Positions 42,939-53,100 of a stretch of 64,000 bases of DNA are shown here, one piece after another. A program made the translations under genes and the position numbers. Where the stretch lies: the NCBI GenBank assembly GCA_965217865.1, contig CBDCJO010000002.1, forward strand, positions 2,368,001-2,432,000, read 5' to 3'. Source of the stretch: Candidatus Latescibacterota bacterium (GTDB lineage: Bacteria > Latescibacterota > UBA2968 > SICM01). Positions within the stretch are counted from its first letter, which is position 1. Each line of letters starts with the position of its first letter. The notes beneath the pieces were generated by a model, which was given only the letters and a program-made list of their open reading frames with translations, had not been told where the DNA came from and did not search any database.

Positions 42939-43206
42939 GGGGGTCCCTTCAAAAAATCAGGAATCAGGGGGCGGTAATCTGGCACCACGATCCCGATCAA
43001 ATCCATAAACCTGATTTTCGGTTCCCGGGCCCCCCCAGCCTGAAGGTTATTTGCTCTTCTTGATCCGCGCCAACACCTCTTTTGCCTTCTTTGCCCATTC
43101 GGTGTCCGCGTGGTTCTGGATGAGGCCTTCGAGATACTTCTGTGCCTGGGCATGTGTATCTATTCTGAGATAACAAGAGAAAAGCAGATAAAGGTCCAAG
43201 CAAGAT

Positions 43207-44238
43207 TCAGGCAGCCTTGTGGATGGTCTGGGATGTTCTTTGCCGATTGATTTCTATGCGGCGCTGCCGAGCCTCCTCCTTTCGACCTTGTCGGTGGTGA
43301 AGAATCTTTTGATGCTGGCCTTTATGCCTCTGAAGAGGCGTGACATACTGTATTGCCCCGTGATAGCGTTCGGCGTTGTAGCTGTGAATGAAGGAATCAA
43401 TCAGGCCTTCCAGTTGATGGAATGTGAAGATGTCCTGGAAGCGCAGCCAGTCGTATTTGAATGTCCGGAAAAAGGCTTCGATCCAGGCGTTGTCCGTGGG
43501 TGTTTGATATCGGGCAAACAGCTGCGAGATGCCCAGGTCCTTGAAGAATTGGGCCATCGATTTGGCCTTCATCTGAGATCCGTGATCTGAGAGGGCTGTC
43601 AAGCTTATGGGCCCAGTGTCCAGGTCCAGCAGTCCTTCGTTGGCAAGGGCTTGATCCCAGGCCTGTTTGACCTGCTCCACGGTCGCGTTGAAGGAGAGCT
43701 TCCATCCTACGATCTTCCTGGAATACACGTCGAGAATGGCGGTAAAATACAGGAACAAACCGAAAAATGGGATGTAGGTCAGGTCCCAGCTCCAGACCTG
43801 ATTAGGACCTTCAGGTTTGACCTGGGGCTTGCTCTGCTTGACCGGCGTCCTCACCTGTTTCCTGCGTGCCAGACGTTCTTTCCTGGCCTGTCGGTAGAAG
43901 CTGGAGGCCGAGGCCTGCACTACCCCCTTCTCTGAGGCTACCACCGCCAGCTGATGGGGAGGCAGATCGGCATAGGTCTCATCCCTTAAGAGGGCCGAGA
44001 TTTGCTCTTTCTCCTCCCTCAGCAATCCGTGTGGGGCCTCATCAGGGGCGGGCCCGGGCTTCCCATCCAAAAGCGGGTCCGACACCCCATCCAGCTTCTC
44101 TTCTCGATCTCGCCGGCTCCAGGCACAATACCGCTGGAGGGGAAGCTGTAGGATCTCGCAAGAACGGGTGAGTTTCACCCCTTTCTCCTTGGCCCGATGG
44201 ACCATTAAGAGGATCTCGCGTTTGACCTCAGCTTGCAC
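43207..44238 (-). CDS. IS3-family DDE transposase OrfB
   Basis: PNQVWSWDLTY, DVYSRKIVGW, SDHGSQ, NAWIEAFF, YNAERYH. Confidence 0.92.
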   Translation of the reverse strand: MQAEVKREILLMVHRAKEKGVKLTRSCEILQLPLQRYCAWSRRDREEKLDGVSDPLLDGKPGPAPDEAPHGLLREEKEQISALLRDETYADLPPHQLAVVASEKGVVQASASSFYRQARKERLARRKQVRTPVKQSKPQVKPEGPNQVWSWDLTYIPFFGLFLYFTAILDVYSRKIVGWKLSFNATVEQVKQAWDQALANEGLLDLDTGPISLTALSDHGSQMKAKSMAQFFKDLGISQLFARYQTPTDNAWIEAFFRTFKYDWLRFQDIFTFHQLEGLIDSFIHSYNAERYHGAIQYVTPLQRHKGQHQKILHHRQGRKEEARQRRIEINRQRTSQTIHKAA

Positions 44239-44261
44239 CCGGTGGCCCTTGATCGGGCCTG

Positions 44262-44597
44262 TCAGATCCCATTCACACTTTTTTTTAGCAGGGAAAGTTC
44301 CACAGATTGCTCAATGATCGTTTGCTCCAGGCGTGCCCGCTCTTTGCGCAGCTGCTCCACCTCCTCAGCCGATACCATCGGCTTGCGGCTCCGGCGACCC
44401 TTGAACTCCTTGAGGGCCCCGGACTTGACCGACTCACGAATACGCTTTAGATCCGAGGAATGAATGCCCCATTTCCGCAGCACCTGTGCAATGGGAACAT
44501 CTCCCCGGCTGGCTTCAAGGAAAATCTCATACTTCTGTTCCGGGGACAAGCTCCTGCGCTTCTTGACCGGGTCACTGTTTGAGGACAGTTGCTCCAT
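44262..44597 (-). CDS. IS3-family OrfA (HTH)
   Basis: RRSLSPEQKYEI...coiled coil...LLKKS. Confidence 0.85.
   Translation of the reverse strand: MEQLSSNSDPVKKRRSLSPEQKYEIFLEASRGDVPIAQVLRKWGIHSSDLKRIRESVKSGALKEFKGRRSRKPMVSAEEVEQLRKERARLEQTIIEQSVELSLLKKSVNGI
44278..44286 (-). promoter_or_regulatory. -1 programmed ribosomal frameshift site A8G
   Basis: CTA AAA AAA AGT; the -1 frame KKCEWDLTGPIKGHRVQAEV is continuous with OrfB. Confidence 0.75.
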
Positions 44598-45289
44598 CTT
44601 TACTCCTCCTGTGAGGTCAGGGATATCCCAAAATATGTATCCCTTCTCAACCCTACAGGCAACCAGGATCTTGCTTCGACCTTGCCCCCGTTTTTTCGGG
44701 CGATCTCAGACAAAAGATACATTGTCTCCCAGTTGGGTGTAGCACTCAGCGATGAAGTACTTGGACTCTGCGGTCCCCTCCGCATCGGGATCTTCGGCAA
44801 TTGTTCCCTGGAGCAAGGTGATGGCGCTCTTCAACTCCAGGCGACTTGGATATCGATTTCCCCCCTTGTAGTAGAGCTGATTGAGCACGGCATCCTCGGC
44901 CTCGGCCCCGCGCACACCCGCCACCGTTGTGGTTTTCTGCGCCTCGAAGTCCCGCTTCTTCTTGGTCATCTCGTTGATTCGCTTCCACCGGTCGAGGAAC
45001 TTCTTGGAAACCTTGACCTTGGCAGTATCCGAAGCCGCCGCCTTTTTCTCTGGCGCTTTCTTCTTCGTCGCCTTCTTTTCTGGCGCCTTCTTCTCCGAGG
45101 CCTTCTCCTCCTCAGCGGTCACCCCGAATGTTGCGGTGAGAACGAGGGCGAGACCCACGAGGATCGCGTATACCCGTGACATGCTAACCTCCTTGAATGA
45201 TGCGGTTTGAATCCGCACGGAAATCCATCCTGGTTTCACAACCGGAACCGATCTTCACACGAATCCTTATTCCCCCCCCTGCTCTTCCT

Positions 45290-46645
45290 TTAACTCCTGT
45301 GCCTCCCGGGGGTCACGAACGCGGCCGCGCGCGTCGGATCCGACCAGCTCATCTTGTTCTTTCCGAGGATATAGACATTGTCGAGTCGCTTTGTCGTGAC
45401 CTTGGTGGCCTTATCGCGGGTATAACTTACCTTCACCGTCGGCTGGACCAGATTGTCGAAAGCGGCCCCTTCCGAGGTCAGCAGGTCCGGAGGAAAAGTC
45501 AGATGGAACGAGAAGCGCTGGGTCGTCTGAGGGAGAAGGATTATCGATTCCTCGTGGGGGACCTTCGTCAGCGTAGGCACCTCGATGCTTACCGTCACCG
45601 GCAGGGGGGAAGAGGCGGAACTCTTCAACTCCACATCGATGAAGTCACTCTCCTCATAGTGACGGTAGAAGGACTTGAACACAGGCGAGGGACGCACGAG
45701 TGCGTTCTTGATCGAGACCAGGGCGGGGTTGTAGGAGAGGGACATGGCAACATGATGCGTGGCCGGCAGAACCGGGTGGTGTTCATACGCGTAGTCCAAC
45801 CGCATAAACCGGTAGCGAAGCCCGAAACCCATCGTGTAGAGCCATCCTACCTCGGACTCCTGGATGTCCTTCTGAATCCCTGTGCGAAGGGCCAGAGGGG
45901 CGGCCACCTGATACTCCCCGCCTATATACGCTGACTGCCGATCCACATCCACCGCGAAGGTCCCGCCTTCGACCGGTTTGTATGCGACCCCACCCCGGAC
46001 GTTCGTGGACGGCGCGATCTCGTCCGAACGCTGGTTTTGCCTGACCGACGTCCCGCCGATGTCCTGGAACACCAGGCCGACCCGAAGTCGGCGATCCGGT
46101 GAAAACAGCATGCTCGCGTCAAACCCCAAACCCGAAGCGCTCCGCAAGCTGTTCTTGTCCAGTTCGAAAGACTGGCTTACCCGCTTCACCCCGATACCGA
46201 TGTTGAATTTCGGATGGACCCGGTAGCCGTACGACAGGTTGAGGACGCTCTCCGAAAACCCCAACTCGCTGTCTGAGAAACTGTCCCTCCGCAAGTCAAA
46301 CCCGATGGCATGGTCGTCCAGGATGGGAAGGACGTAACCCGTGTAGCTGTTCTGGATCAGATCGAACCGTTTCGCATACGAAAAGGATAACTCCTGCCGC
46401 TGAAGCAGGGGCAATCCCGACGGATTCAGAAGAATCGTGTTGGCGTCGTCCGCAATGGCCGTGAACGCCCCGCCCATCGCAATCGATCGCGCCCCCGCGG
46501 TGACCGTCGGCTGGTCGGACTTCGCAGCCGGAGAGCCCGGAAGTAAGAAAAGATACACGACCCCGAATATGAATATCCGCAGAAAACCCCCGAATTCAAC
46601 CATCCCCAAAAAAGCGTTTTGGAACTTCCCTTTTTCAATCTTCAA
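45290..46645 (-). CDS. PorV/PorQ-like outer-membrane beta-barrel protein, C-terminus apparently truncated
   Basis: GARSIAMGGAFTAIADDA..NPSGL, GFGLRY..RLDYAY. Confidence 0.75.
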   Translation of the reverse strand: MKIEKGKFQNAFLGMVEFGGFLRIFIFGVVYLFLLPGSPAAKSDQPTVTAGARSIAMGGAFTAIADDANTILLNPSGLPLLQRQELSFSYAKRFDLIQNSYTGYVLPILDDHAIGFDLRRDSFSDSELGFSESVLNLSYGYRVHPKFNIGIGVKRVSQSFELDKNSLRSASGLGFDASMLFSPDRRLRVGLVFQDIGGTSVRQNQRSDEIAPSTNVRGGVAYKPVEGGTFAVDVDRQSAYIGGEYQVAAPLALRTGIQKDIQESEVGWLYTMGFGLRYRFMRLDYAYEHHPVLPATHHVAMSLSYNPALVSIKNALVRPSPVFKSFYRHYEESDFIDVELKSSASSPLPVTVSIEVPTLTKVPHEESIILLPQTTQRFSFHLTFPPDLLTSEGAAFDNLVQPTVKVSYTRDKATKVTTKRLDNVYILGKNKMSWSDPTRAAAFVTPGRHRS

Positions 46646-46648
46646 TTT

Positions 46649-48118
46649 TCAATTTCCTTCCTGAACGATCACGGTCTGCCCTTGTGTGATCCCTTCCTGC
46701 TTCACGGTTCGACCGCTCGGAAAACGCACTTCAACATCGTAGCTGCCCGGTGCCACCCCAAAATGCACCTCGGAGAGCGGTTGCGGTCCTGAGGTCGTAA
46801 ACCGAACCCCCCGCAAATTCTGCGTCCCCGCCGCGAGCAGCCTCACCTTAGCCCCGACACCGTCCCGGTTGCTCAGCGGCGGTCCTGAACCCGCAATTTT
46901 CACCTTGATAAAATTTTCGTCATCCTGATCGTTCCGGAAGAGCCGGCTGATCTCGAATCCCGGAAACTTGTCGTGGACCACAAAAAGATCCAGATCCCCG
47001 TCATCGTCGAAATCCGCCGTGGCTGCGTTCATCGAATATCCGGAGGCCTCCACCCCCGAGCCGTCACTCTGCTCCAAAAAAGTCCCGTCCCCCTGTGCGA
47101 CGTACAGAACGTCCGGCTCTCCATTGGCCGACTCCACGCCTTGCGCGACGAAGATGTCTGGGTGTCCGTCGTGGTTGAAGTCCCCCCATATTCCCGTCCA
47201 GGAGATCCAGCCTGAGGCCGCCTTCCGCACACCCGAGGCCTTGGACACATTCACAAACGACCCAGCGCCCTCGTTCCGATAAAGGACATTCGCACCGATG
47301 TTCGCCAGGAAGCAGTCCATGTCGCCATCGTTGTCGTAGTCCGTCCAGGCCAGATTTCTTCCGACCTCGGTATTGTCCATCCCTACGATTGGACCGACGT
47401 CCTCGAACGTCCCGCTCCCGTCATTTCGATAGAGTCCATTGGCCTGTTCCCGATTGACCACATAGAGGTCCACGTCCCCATCGTCGTCATAATCGACCCA
47501 GGCGGCTTTTTCGCTGTCCCGCTTATCTTCGACGCCTGCATCCACGAGGGAAAACGTTCCATCCCCGTTGTTTCGATAGAGTTCATTCTCCACCCTACCC
47601 TTGCAGAGATACAGGTCAAGCGAGCCGTCCCCGTCGTAGTCCCCCCAGGCTGCGGATATTTTGGTGCCCAAAGGTCCCCCTGCGACCCCAGCGGCCCCCG
47701 TCACATCTGTAAAACGGCCGGCCTGGTTGCGATAGAGAATGTTGGCCCTGAAAAAATTGACCACGTATAGATCCGCGTCCCCGTCGTTGTCATAATCGCC
47801 CCACGCCGAGAAAATACTGTTGACCCCGAGCGGTACAACCCCCGACTGACCGGCAACGTTCGTGAACCTCCCGTTTCCATCGTTCCTGAACAGCGCGTTC
47901 CGGGGATCGCTGACCCCAGTTGCCCAGTTCGTGACGTAGAGGTCCAGGAGACCGTCTCCGTCGTAATCCGCCCAGGTCCCGCTCGTGCCAAGAAGCGCAT
48001 TTACGACCCCTGAGGACTGGGTGACGTCTGTGAACCGTTGCTGTGCCTGAGCTTGCGATGCGGTATCGGAGATCGCGATCGCGGGGATTAAGAGAAAAAA
48101 ACAACGCGCAATTTTCAT
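46649..48118 (-). CDS. CRTAC1/FG-GAP repeat protein with ASPIC/UnbV domain
   Basis: Signal peptide; repeated WxDYDxDGDxDLY, LYRNxG; SNRDGVGAKV, HFG, EVRFPSG. Confidence 0.88.
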   Translation of the reverse strand: MKIARCFFLLIPAIAISDTASQAQAQQRFTDVTQSSGVVNALLGTSGTWADYDGDGLLDLYVTNWATGVSDPRNALFRNDGNGRFTNVAGQSGVVPLGVNSIFSAWGDYDNDGDADLYVVNFFRANILYRNQAGRFTDVTGAAGVAGGPLGTKISAAWGDYDGDGSLDLYLCKGRVENELYRNNGDGTFSLVDAGVEDKRDSEKAAWVDYDDDGDVDLYVVNREQANGLYRNDGSGTFEDVGPIVGMDNTEVGRNLAWTDYDNDGDMDCFLANIGANVLYRNEGAGSFVNVSKASGVRKAASGWISWTGIWGDFNHDGHPDIFVAQGVESANGEPDVLYVAQGDGTFLEQSDGSGVEASGYSMNAATADFDDDGDLDLFVVHDKFPGFEISRLFRNDQDDENFIKVKIAGSGPPLSNRDGVGAKVRLLAAGTQNLRGVRFTTSGPQPLSEVHFGVAPGSYDVEVRFPSGRTVKQEGITQGQTVIVQEGN

Positions 48119-48163
48119 GAATTATCCTGAAGGGTATAGAATCGGTCGGTGGTCCAACAAACC

Positions 48164-48922
48164 TTATTTTCGTCTCAAAATCGTCAGGTTATCCGCGCTG
48201 GCCTTCGAAAGCCTCCGTATTCGATCCCGTTCGAACCACCCGATGAACTCGAATTTCTTATTGAACTCGACATAGGCCAGGAATTCCTGGGGGAAAATCA
48301 TCCTGACATCCCCCCGGTCCTCAAAAACCAGCCTTCGGCCGCGGTCCTTAACATCCAACCTCAGGGTATGCGAAAGCATCTGGGTCAGGGCGTCTTTGAC
48401 CTGAACGTCATAAGTCGTCTTGACCTGGACCCCATCCTTCCGCATCGTCCAGTCTCCCGGGCCCAGCATGTTTTTGCCCGACCAATTCAACCGGAAATTA
48501 TCGATCAGATATAATCCGCCTCTTTTCAGGGAACTCGCGACGGAGTCCAAATGGGCCATGAAACCATCCCGACTCTCGATGCACCCGATGGTCCCCATCA
48601 TGATCGAGGCAAAATCCACCTTTTTTTCGAGGCGGAACCGGGTCATGTCACCTTGAATGGTCTCGACCTGGATCCCTTCCTCCCTGGATCTCCTTTTCAG
48701 ATGCCGGAGCATCTTCGGATTTATATCCAACCCGATCGCACCATAACCCCGCTTGGCGATCTCCCGCAACTGCAAACTCGGACCACATCCCATGTCGAGA
48801 AATCGCTTGACCTTTATCTTGGAGAACTTTTGGATAAACCTTTCAAACAGGTCGATCTGTCTTTTGATGTCTATGAAGCCAAAGGCAATCTCATAATAGA
48901 GGGGTTGTTCATACACGCTCAT
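48164..48922 (-). CDS. Class I SAM-dependent methyltransferase
   Basis: FLDMGCGP, GLDIN, QGDM, LKRGGLY. Confidence 0.88.
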   Translation of the reverse strand: MSVYEQPLYYEIAFGFIDIKRQIDLFERFIQKFSKIKVKRFLDMGCGPSLQLREIAKRGYGAIGLDINPKMLRHLKRRSREEGIQVETIQGDMTRFRLEKKVDFASIMMGTIGCIESRDGFMAHLDSVASSLKRGGLYLIDNFRLNWSGKNMLGPGDWTMRKDGVQVKTTYDVQVKDALTQMLSHTLRLDVKDRGRRLVFEDRGDVRMIFPQEFLAYVEFNKKFEFIGWFERDRIRRLSKASADNLTILRRK

Positions 48923-48945
48923 CGTCTGGCTTTATCCAGTCAAGA

Positions 48946-48986
48946 TTTCAATCTTCAATCACCAATATTCATTTTCTTTTCAATTT
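48946..48986. repeat. Degenerate 7-bp repeat tract
   Basis: TTCAATC-TTCAATC-ACCAATA-TTCATTT. Confidence 0.65.
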
Positions 48987-50104
48987 CTTAGAACCCCAAC
49001 CGTTCGGGTGGACTTCTGCCCATCCGCCATCAGCACGACGATGTAGAGACCGCTTGGAACCAGTTTTCCGTCGTTGTCCCTACCATTCCACGTGACGACA
49101 TTGTTCTGAAGGAAAAACACGGAGGCATCGGACAGACTCGTCCTGCCTCCGACAACCGCGTCTATCTGTCCTTGATTGTCGTAATCGCCCCAGGCCATCG
49201 CCCCGACGAGCCGGGTGAAATTTCCGGTTCCTTCCCGAAGTGTGCCGGTGGGCCGGTTGTTGTACACGATGAACCTGGCGTTCCAGGTTGCGTCCCGCCC
49301 CGAAGTAAAAAGATCGACGTCCCCGTCAGCGTCGTAATCCGCCCAGGTCGCCGATCCGTTCGAAAGCGCGGTCACGTCCGTCCCCCTGTCGAAACCCAGC
49401 GTCCCCAGGGGCTGGTTCTTGTAAATCCTCGAGAGCCTGACCCCCCCTGCACCGAATCCCGTCAGGACAAGATCGAGGTCGTCATCGTTGTCGTAGTCCC
49501 CCCAGGCCAGCGCCCCCTGTGCGACATTGACCAGGACCTCGGTGTTCTCCTGGTCAATGTCAAAATCCCCGTCCCGATTTCTATAGACGATGGTCCCGGG
49601 ATCGCCGATACGGTCCATCCCCGAGACCACCAGGTCCGGGTCCCCGTCGTTGTCGTAATCCCCCCATGCCAAGGCGGTGTAGCGGACCGGCACGAACGCC
49701 GACTGGTCCGAATCTTCGAGCAGAATACCGTTATCGTTTCGATAAACCCTGAGGATCTCCTGATCAAGGTCGTCCAGGCCGGAAAGGGCAAGGTCCAGGT
49801 CCCCGTCTCCATCGTAGTCAGCCCACCCCACGGACCCATAAGCCACACCTGTAAGGGAACTGCCCGAGTCCGCTATCATGGGCCCGTTTACGTTCCGGTA
49901 GAGACGGGCCAAGCGTCCACCCCCGTCCGCGGGACCGGTCTGACCGGCCAGGACCAGGTCCGGCAGCCCATCCCCGGTATAATCCCCGAAAGCAGCGGCC
50001 GCGGACCACACCCCGGGTAAGGTCTGCATCTGCTCCCACGGCCCCTGGGCGGGTGCCTCGGCAACCGCGAAGAGAACCAGGACAACAGAAACGAAAAGCC
50101 TCAT
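48980..50104 (-). CDS. Secreted FG-GAP/VCBS repeat protein with a partial FlgD-Ig C-terminus
   Basis: Signal peptide, WGDYDNDGDxDL repeats, VTWNGRDNDGKLVPSGLYI. Confidence 0.75.
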   Translation of the reverse strand: MRLFVSVVLVLFAVAEAPAQGPWEQMQTLPGVWSAAAAFGDYTGDGLPDLVLAGQTGPADGGGRLARLYRNVNGPMIADSGSSLTGVAYGSVGWADYDGDGDLDLALSGLDDLDQEILRVYRNDNGILLEDSDQSAFVPVRYTALAWGDYDNDGDPDLVVSGMDRIGDPGTIVYRNRDGDFDIDQENTEVLVNVAQGALAWGDYDNDDDLDLVLTGFGAGGVRLSRIYKNQPLGTLGFDRGTDVTALSNGSATWADYDADGDVDLFTSGRDATWNARFIVYNNRPTGTLREGTGNFTRLVGAMAWGDYDNQGQIDAVVGGRTSLSDASVFFLQNNVVTWNGRDNDGKLVPSGLYIVVLMADGQKSTRTVGVLRN

Positions 50105-50188
50105 AGCCTCATCGGTCCCACTGGATTCTTTCCCAAAACCCAAAGGCCAAGGGTTTCATTCTGCACTTCGCATTTCCATTTCATTTCT

Positions 50189-53100
50189 TCACTTCAAAAA
50201 CAGCATCTTCTCCGCGTGGACGAACTTACCGGCGACCATCCGATAGAAATAGACTCCGGAGGCCACACCCCGACCGCGGGTGTCCTTCCCGTCCCACCGA
50301 ACGGTGTAGAATCCCGCTTCCTGACGGGCGTCCAGCAGCGTGGCCACCTGCTGACCCAGGATGTTGTAGACCCTTAACGTCACCCGTTCGGCCTGCGGGA
50401 TCGCATACCGGATCGTGGTGATGGGGTTGAAAGGATTCGGGTAGTTGTGGGCGAGGATAAAATCGGACGGAACCAGGTAAAGCCGGGCGTCTTCGAGATG
50501 CACGCCCACCTGTGTTATCCGATCAAGCTCGTGGACCAGAAGGTCCGTCACGGAGACCACCGGTCCCTTCGGATGGTCCTTTTTAAGCCGGAGCCGGATC
50601 TCGGCCACGGACCCTTCCGATGCCCCACTCCCTTCGGTCTGATAGTTGCCGAAGGTGATCCGGTTGTCCTCCTCCCTGACCGACCAGAAGAGCGGTGCAA
50701 CCCCCCCATCCCGGTTCAGTACGTCTTCTCCCGCATCGATCCCGAGCCACTCGACAACATCGCCATCGTAGGTCAGACTGATCCCGAAACCCTTCAGGTC
50801 CGTCACGTTATGGATCCCCAGCCGGGCGACGACCACATCGCCCTTGCCCGCTGAGGTGAGGGCTGTTTCGAAATTCAGCCGGATGGACTCGTTCGGAACC
50901 GTGGTTACAACCGGCTTCGATGAACCCGTACCGACAAGGTATTGAAAATCAAACACCACCTGGAGGACGAAGAGATCTTCAAGCCCCGCCTGCCCGTCGC
51001 CGTCGAAGTCCGCCCTCGGGTCATAACCCGGATCACCGACCTTTGTGTTGAATGCCAGGGCATAGATGAAGAAGTCCTCCAGATTGGCGACCCCATTCCC
51101 GTCGGCATCTCCCGGACGTTCGGGCTGGTTTGCGTTGACCATGAACGACTTGGTCGCGCTGAACGGACCGTCGAAGGTCCCATCGTTGGCGCGTGCGCGC
51201 CAGTAGTAAGTGGTATTTTCAGTCAAAGCCCGGTCTACGGTCCAGGCCGTAAGTCCCGCCGGATCATTCGCACCGATTCCAGCCCCCTCCGCCAAACCGC
51301 TGATGGAGGCGGCGATGTCCGAAAAATCCAATTGGGTGGACACTTGGAAGGTGTAGGGTCAGGGTTCCCTCGGTCGTCGTGGCGTTTGTGACGGCCAGCG
51401 TAGGGGTGAAGGGATTGCCCTGTTTTACGTAAAACCCGGGCGCCGTGATCTCCGATGTTGCAGCCGAGGCCAGGGCATCCTGAGAGGCGTCGCTCAAATT
51501 GCCCGAGGCATCCACTGCGTTTATTCGGTATCGATAGGCCACGTCGGAAAGCAGCCCCGTGTCCGTGAACAAAAGCCCCGACACCTGCGTGGCCACCGCC
51601 TCGAACGATCCGCCATCCTCCGACCGGCTGACATCGTAGCCAATCACATCGACATCCTCGCTGCCGGTCCAGATGACGACGGCCTTGCCGCCGGAGGCCT
51701 GTGCACTTACGGAAGTGGGTGGGGCCGGTGCCGGCTGATCCGGTTCAGAGAGCGTCGTGAAGGTAAGCGCCTCAGCCGGCTCCGGTCCGGCCTTGTTATC
51801 GTTCGGGTCGATCGATTCGACTTTGAAGAAATAGGACTCCCCCGGCGTCAGCTCGGTCAAGGTCACACGGTGGCTCAACACGTTGTCCGAACTCCCGGCG
51901 GTGAGCGCAAGGGTCTGGTCCGTCCCGTACTGCACCGCGCTGTTCGCTGTCTCGTCGGTCATCCACGTGACCGTAGCCGTCGAGTCCGTGGCGAAAAGGA
52001 ATTTCGTGTCGGAAATGTCAGGCGCCGTCAGGTCGGGGGAGGAATCCGTATCAAACTCCGCATCCTCGTGGGTCGGACCGTTGTTCGAGGGGTCCGTGGA
52101 ACTCACCCGGTAGAAGTACGTTGTCCCAGCCGTCAGGTTGGTCAGGACCACCGAGTGCTCCGTCGCGGGATCCGGGTCCGTGAACGTCAGGTCCAGGTCC
52201 GAGGCCGACGTGCCGTATTCCACCGTGCTGTTGGAGGCTTCATCCGTTTTCCAGACGATCGTGACCGTCCTATCGCTCCGGTAGGAGAGCGACGGCGACT
52301 CGGTGATGACCGGGGAGGTCAGGTCGATATCCGTAGCGGTTTTAGCAAGCCCGGTCCGGCTCTTGGTGGACCCGTTCCCCACCACGTCCGTGGAGCCCAC
52401 CTGGAACTGGCATGAGGCTCCCGGGGACAGGTTGTCCAGCACCACGCAGTGCTTTGTCACGTCGTTCTCGTCCACCGTCATCGCGTCGAGATTGTCCACG
52501 CCCGAGGCGACCTCCGAGTCGCTCCGCTCGTCCGTCTCCCACTCCACCGTAATCGAGCTAGCCGTCGAAGCAATGACCGTCGGGCCATCGAGGATCACCG
52601 GGAACGTCACATCCGCCGTCGTGCTCGTCACGAAGCTCCCGTCCCCCCCAGGCGGCTGGAGGCCCAGGCCCTGCCCGGGTTTGGTCCGGAGGGTCGGATC
52701 CACGCTCACCGCGGTCTTCACGCCGTCCGAGGAGGAAGCCCGGAAGAAGTACTCTGTTCCCGGCACCAGATTCGTGACCCGCACGACGTGATCTCTCACG
52801 AATTCGGGCTTTTCGACAACCTCCTCGTCGGCCGTTCCGAACGTCTCCGGGGTCCCGTAGCTGACCTTGCTGTTCGCGAGCCTGTTCGTCGTCCAGGTCG
52901 CGATGGCCACGATGTCCTTGAATTCGATCAGGGGACCCTGGATGAACTCCAGCTCGAGATCCGAATCCTCCTTCAGGGTTTTAAACGTGTAGTCTCTGCT
53001 GATCTGATCGGTCCCCACCGGGTCCGTCGTGGACACGTTCCCCTCGAAATCCCCGGATCCCACCTTGAAGTGGTAGAGCGTGTCCGGAAGGAGATCGGTG

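Larger units (their letters stand above)
43155..44721 (-). mobile_element. IS3-family insertion sequence, 1567 bp
   Basis: TG...CA ends; imperfect terminal IRs TGTATCTTTTGTCTGAGAT / TGTATCTATTCTGAGAT; orfA plus orfB. Confidence 0.9.
43047..45182 (-). pseudogene. Secreted TPR-type protein interrupted by the IS3 element
   Basis: MSRVYAILV signal peptide...TVAGVRG...AECYTQLGD | AQAQKYLEGLIQNHADTEWAKKAKEVLARIKKSK* resumes below 43155. Confidence 0.8.

Noticed and set aside
42896-43153. 85-aa ORF MPRHRSISK
   Set aside because: Wrong frame of the C-terminal fragment of the IS-interrupted TPR gene.
45030-45110. KKAPEKK repeat in the TPR protein as a mobile repeat
   Set aside because: Ordinary low-complexity Lys/Ala linker after the signal peptide.
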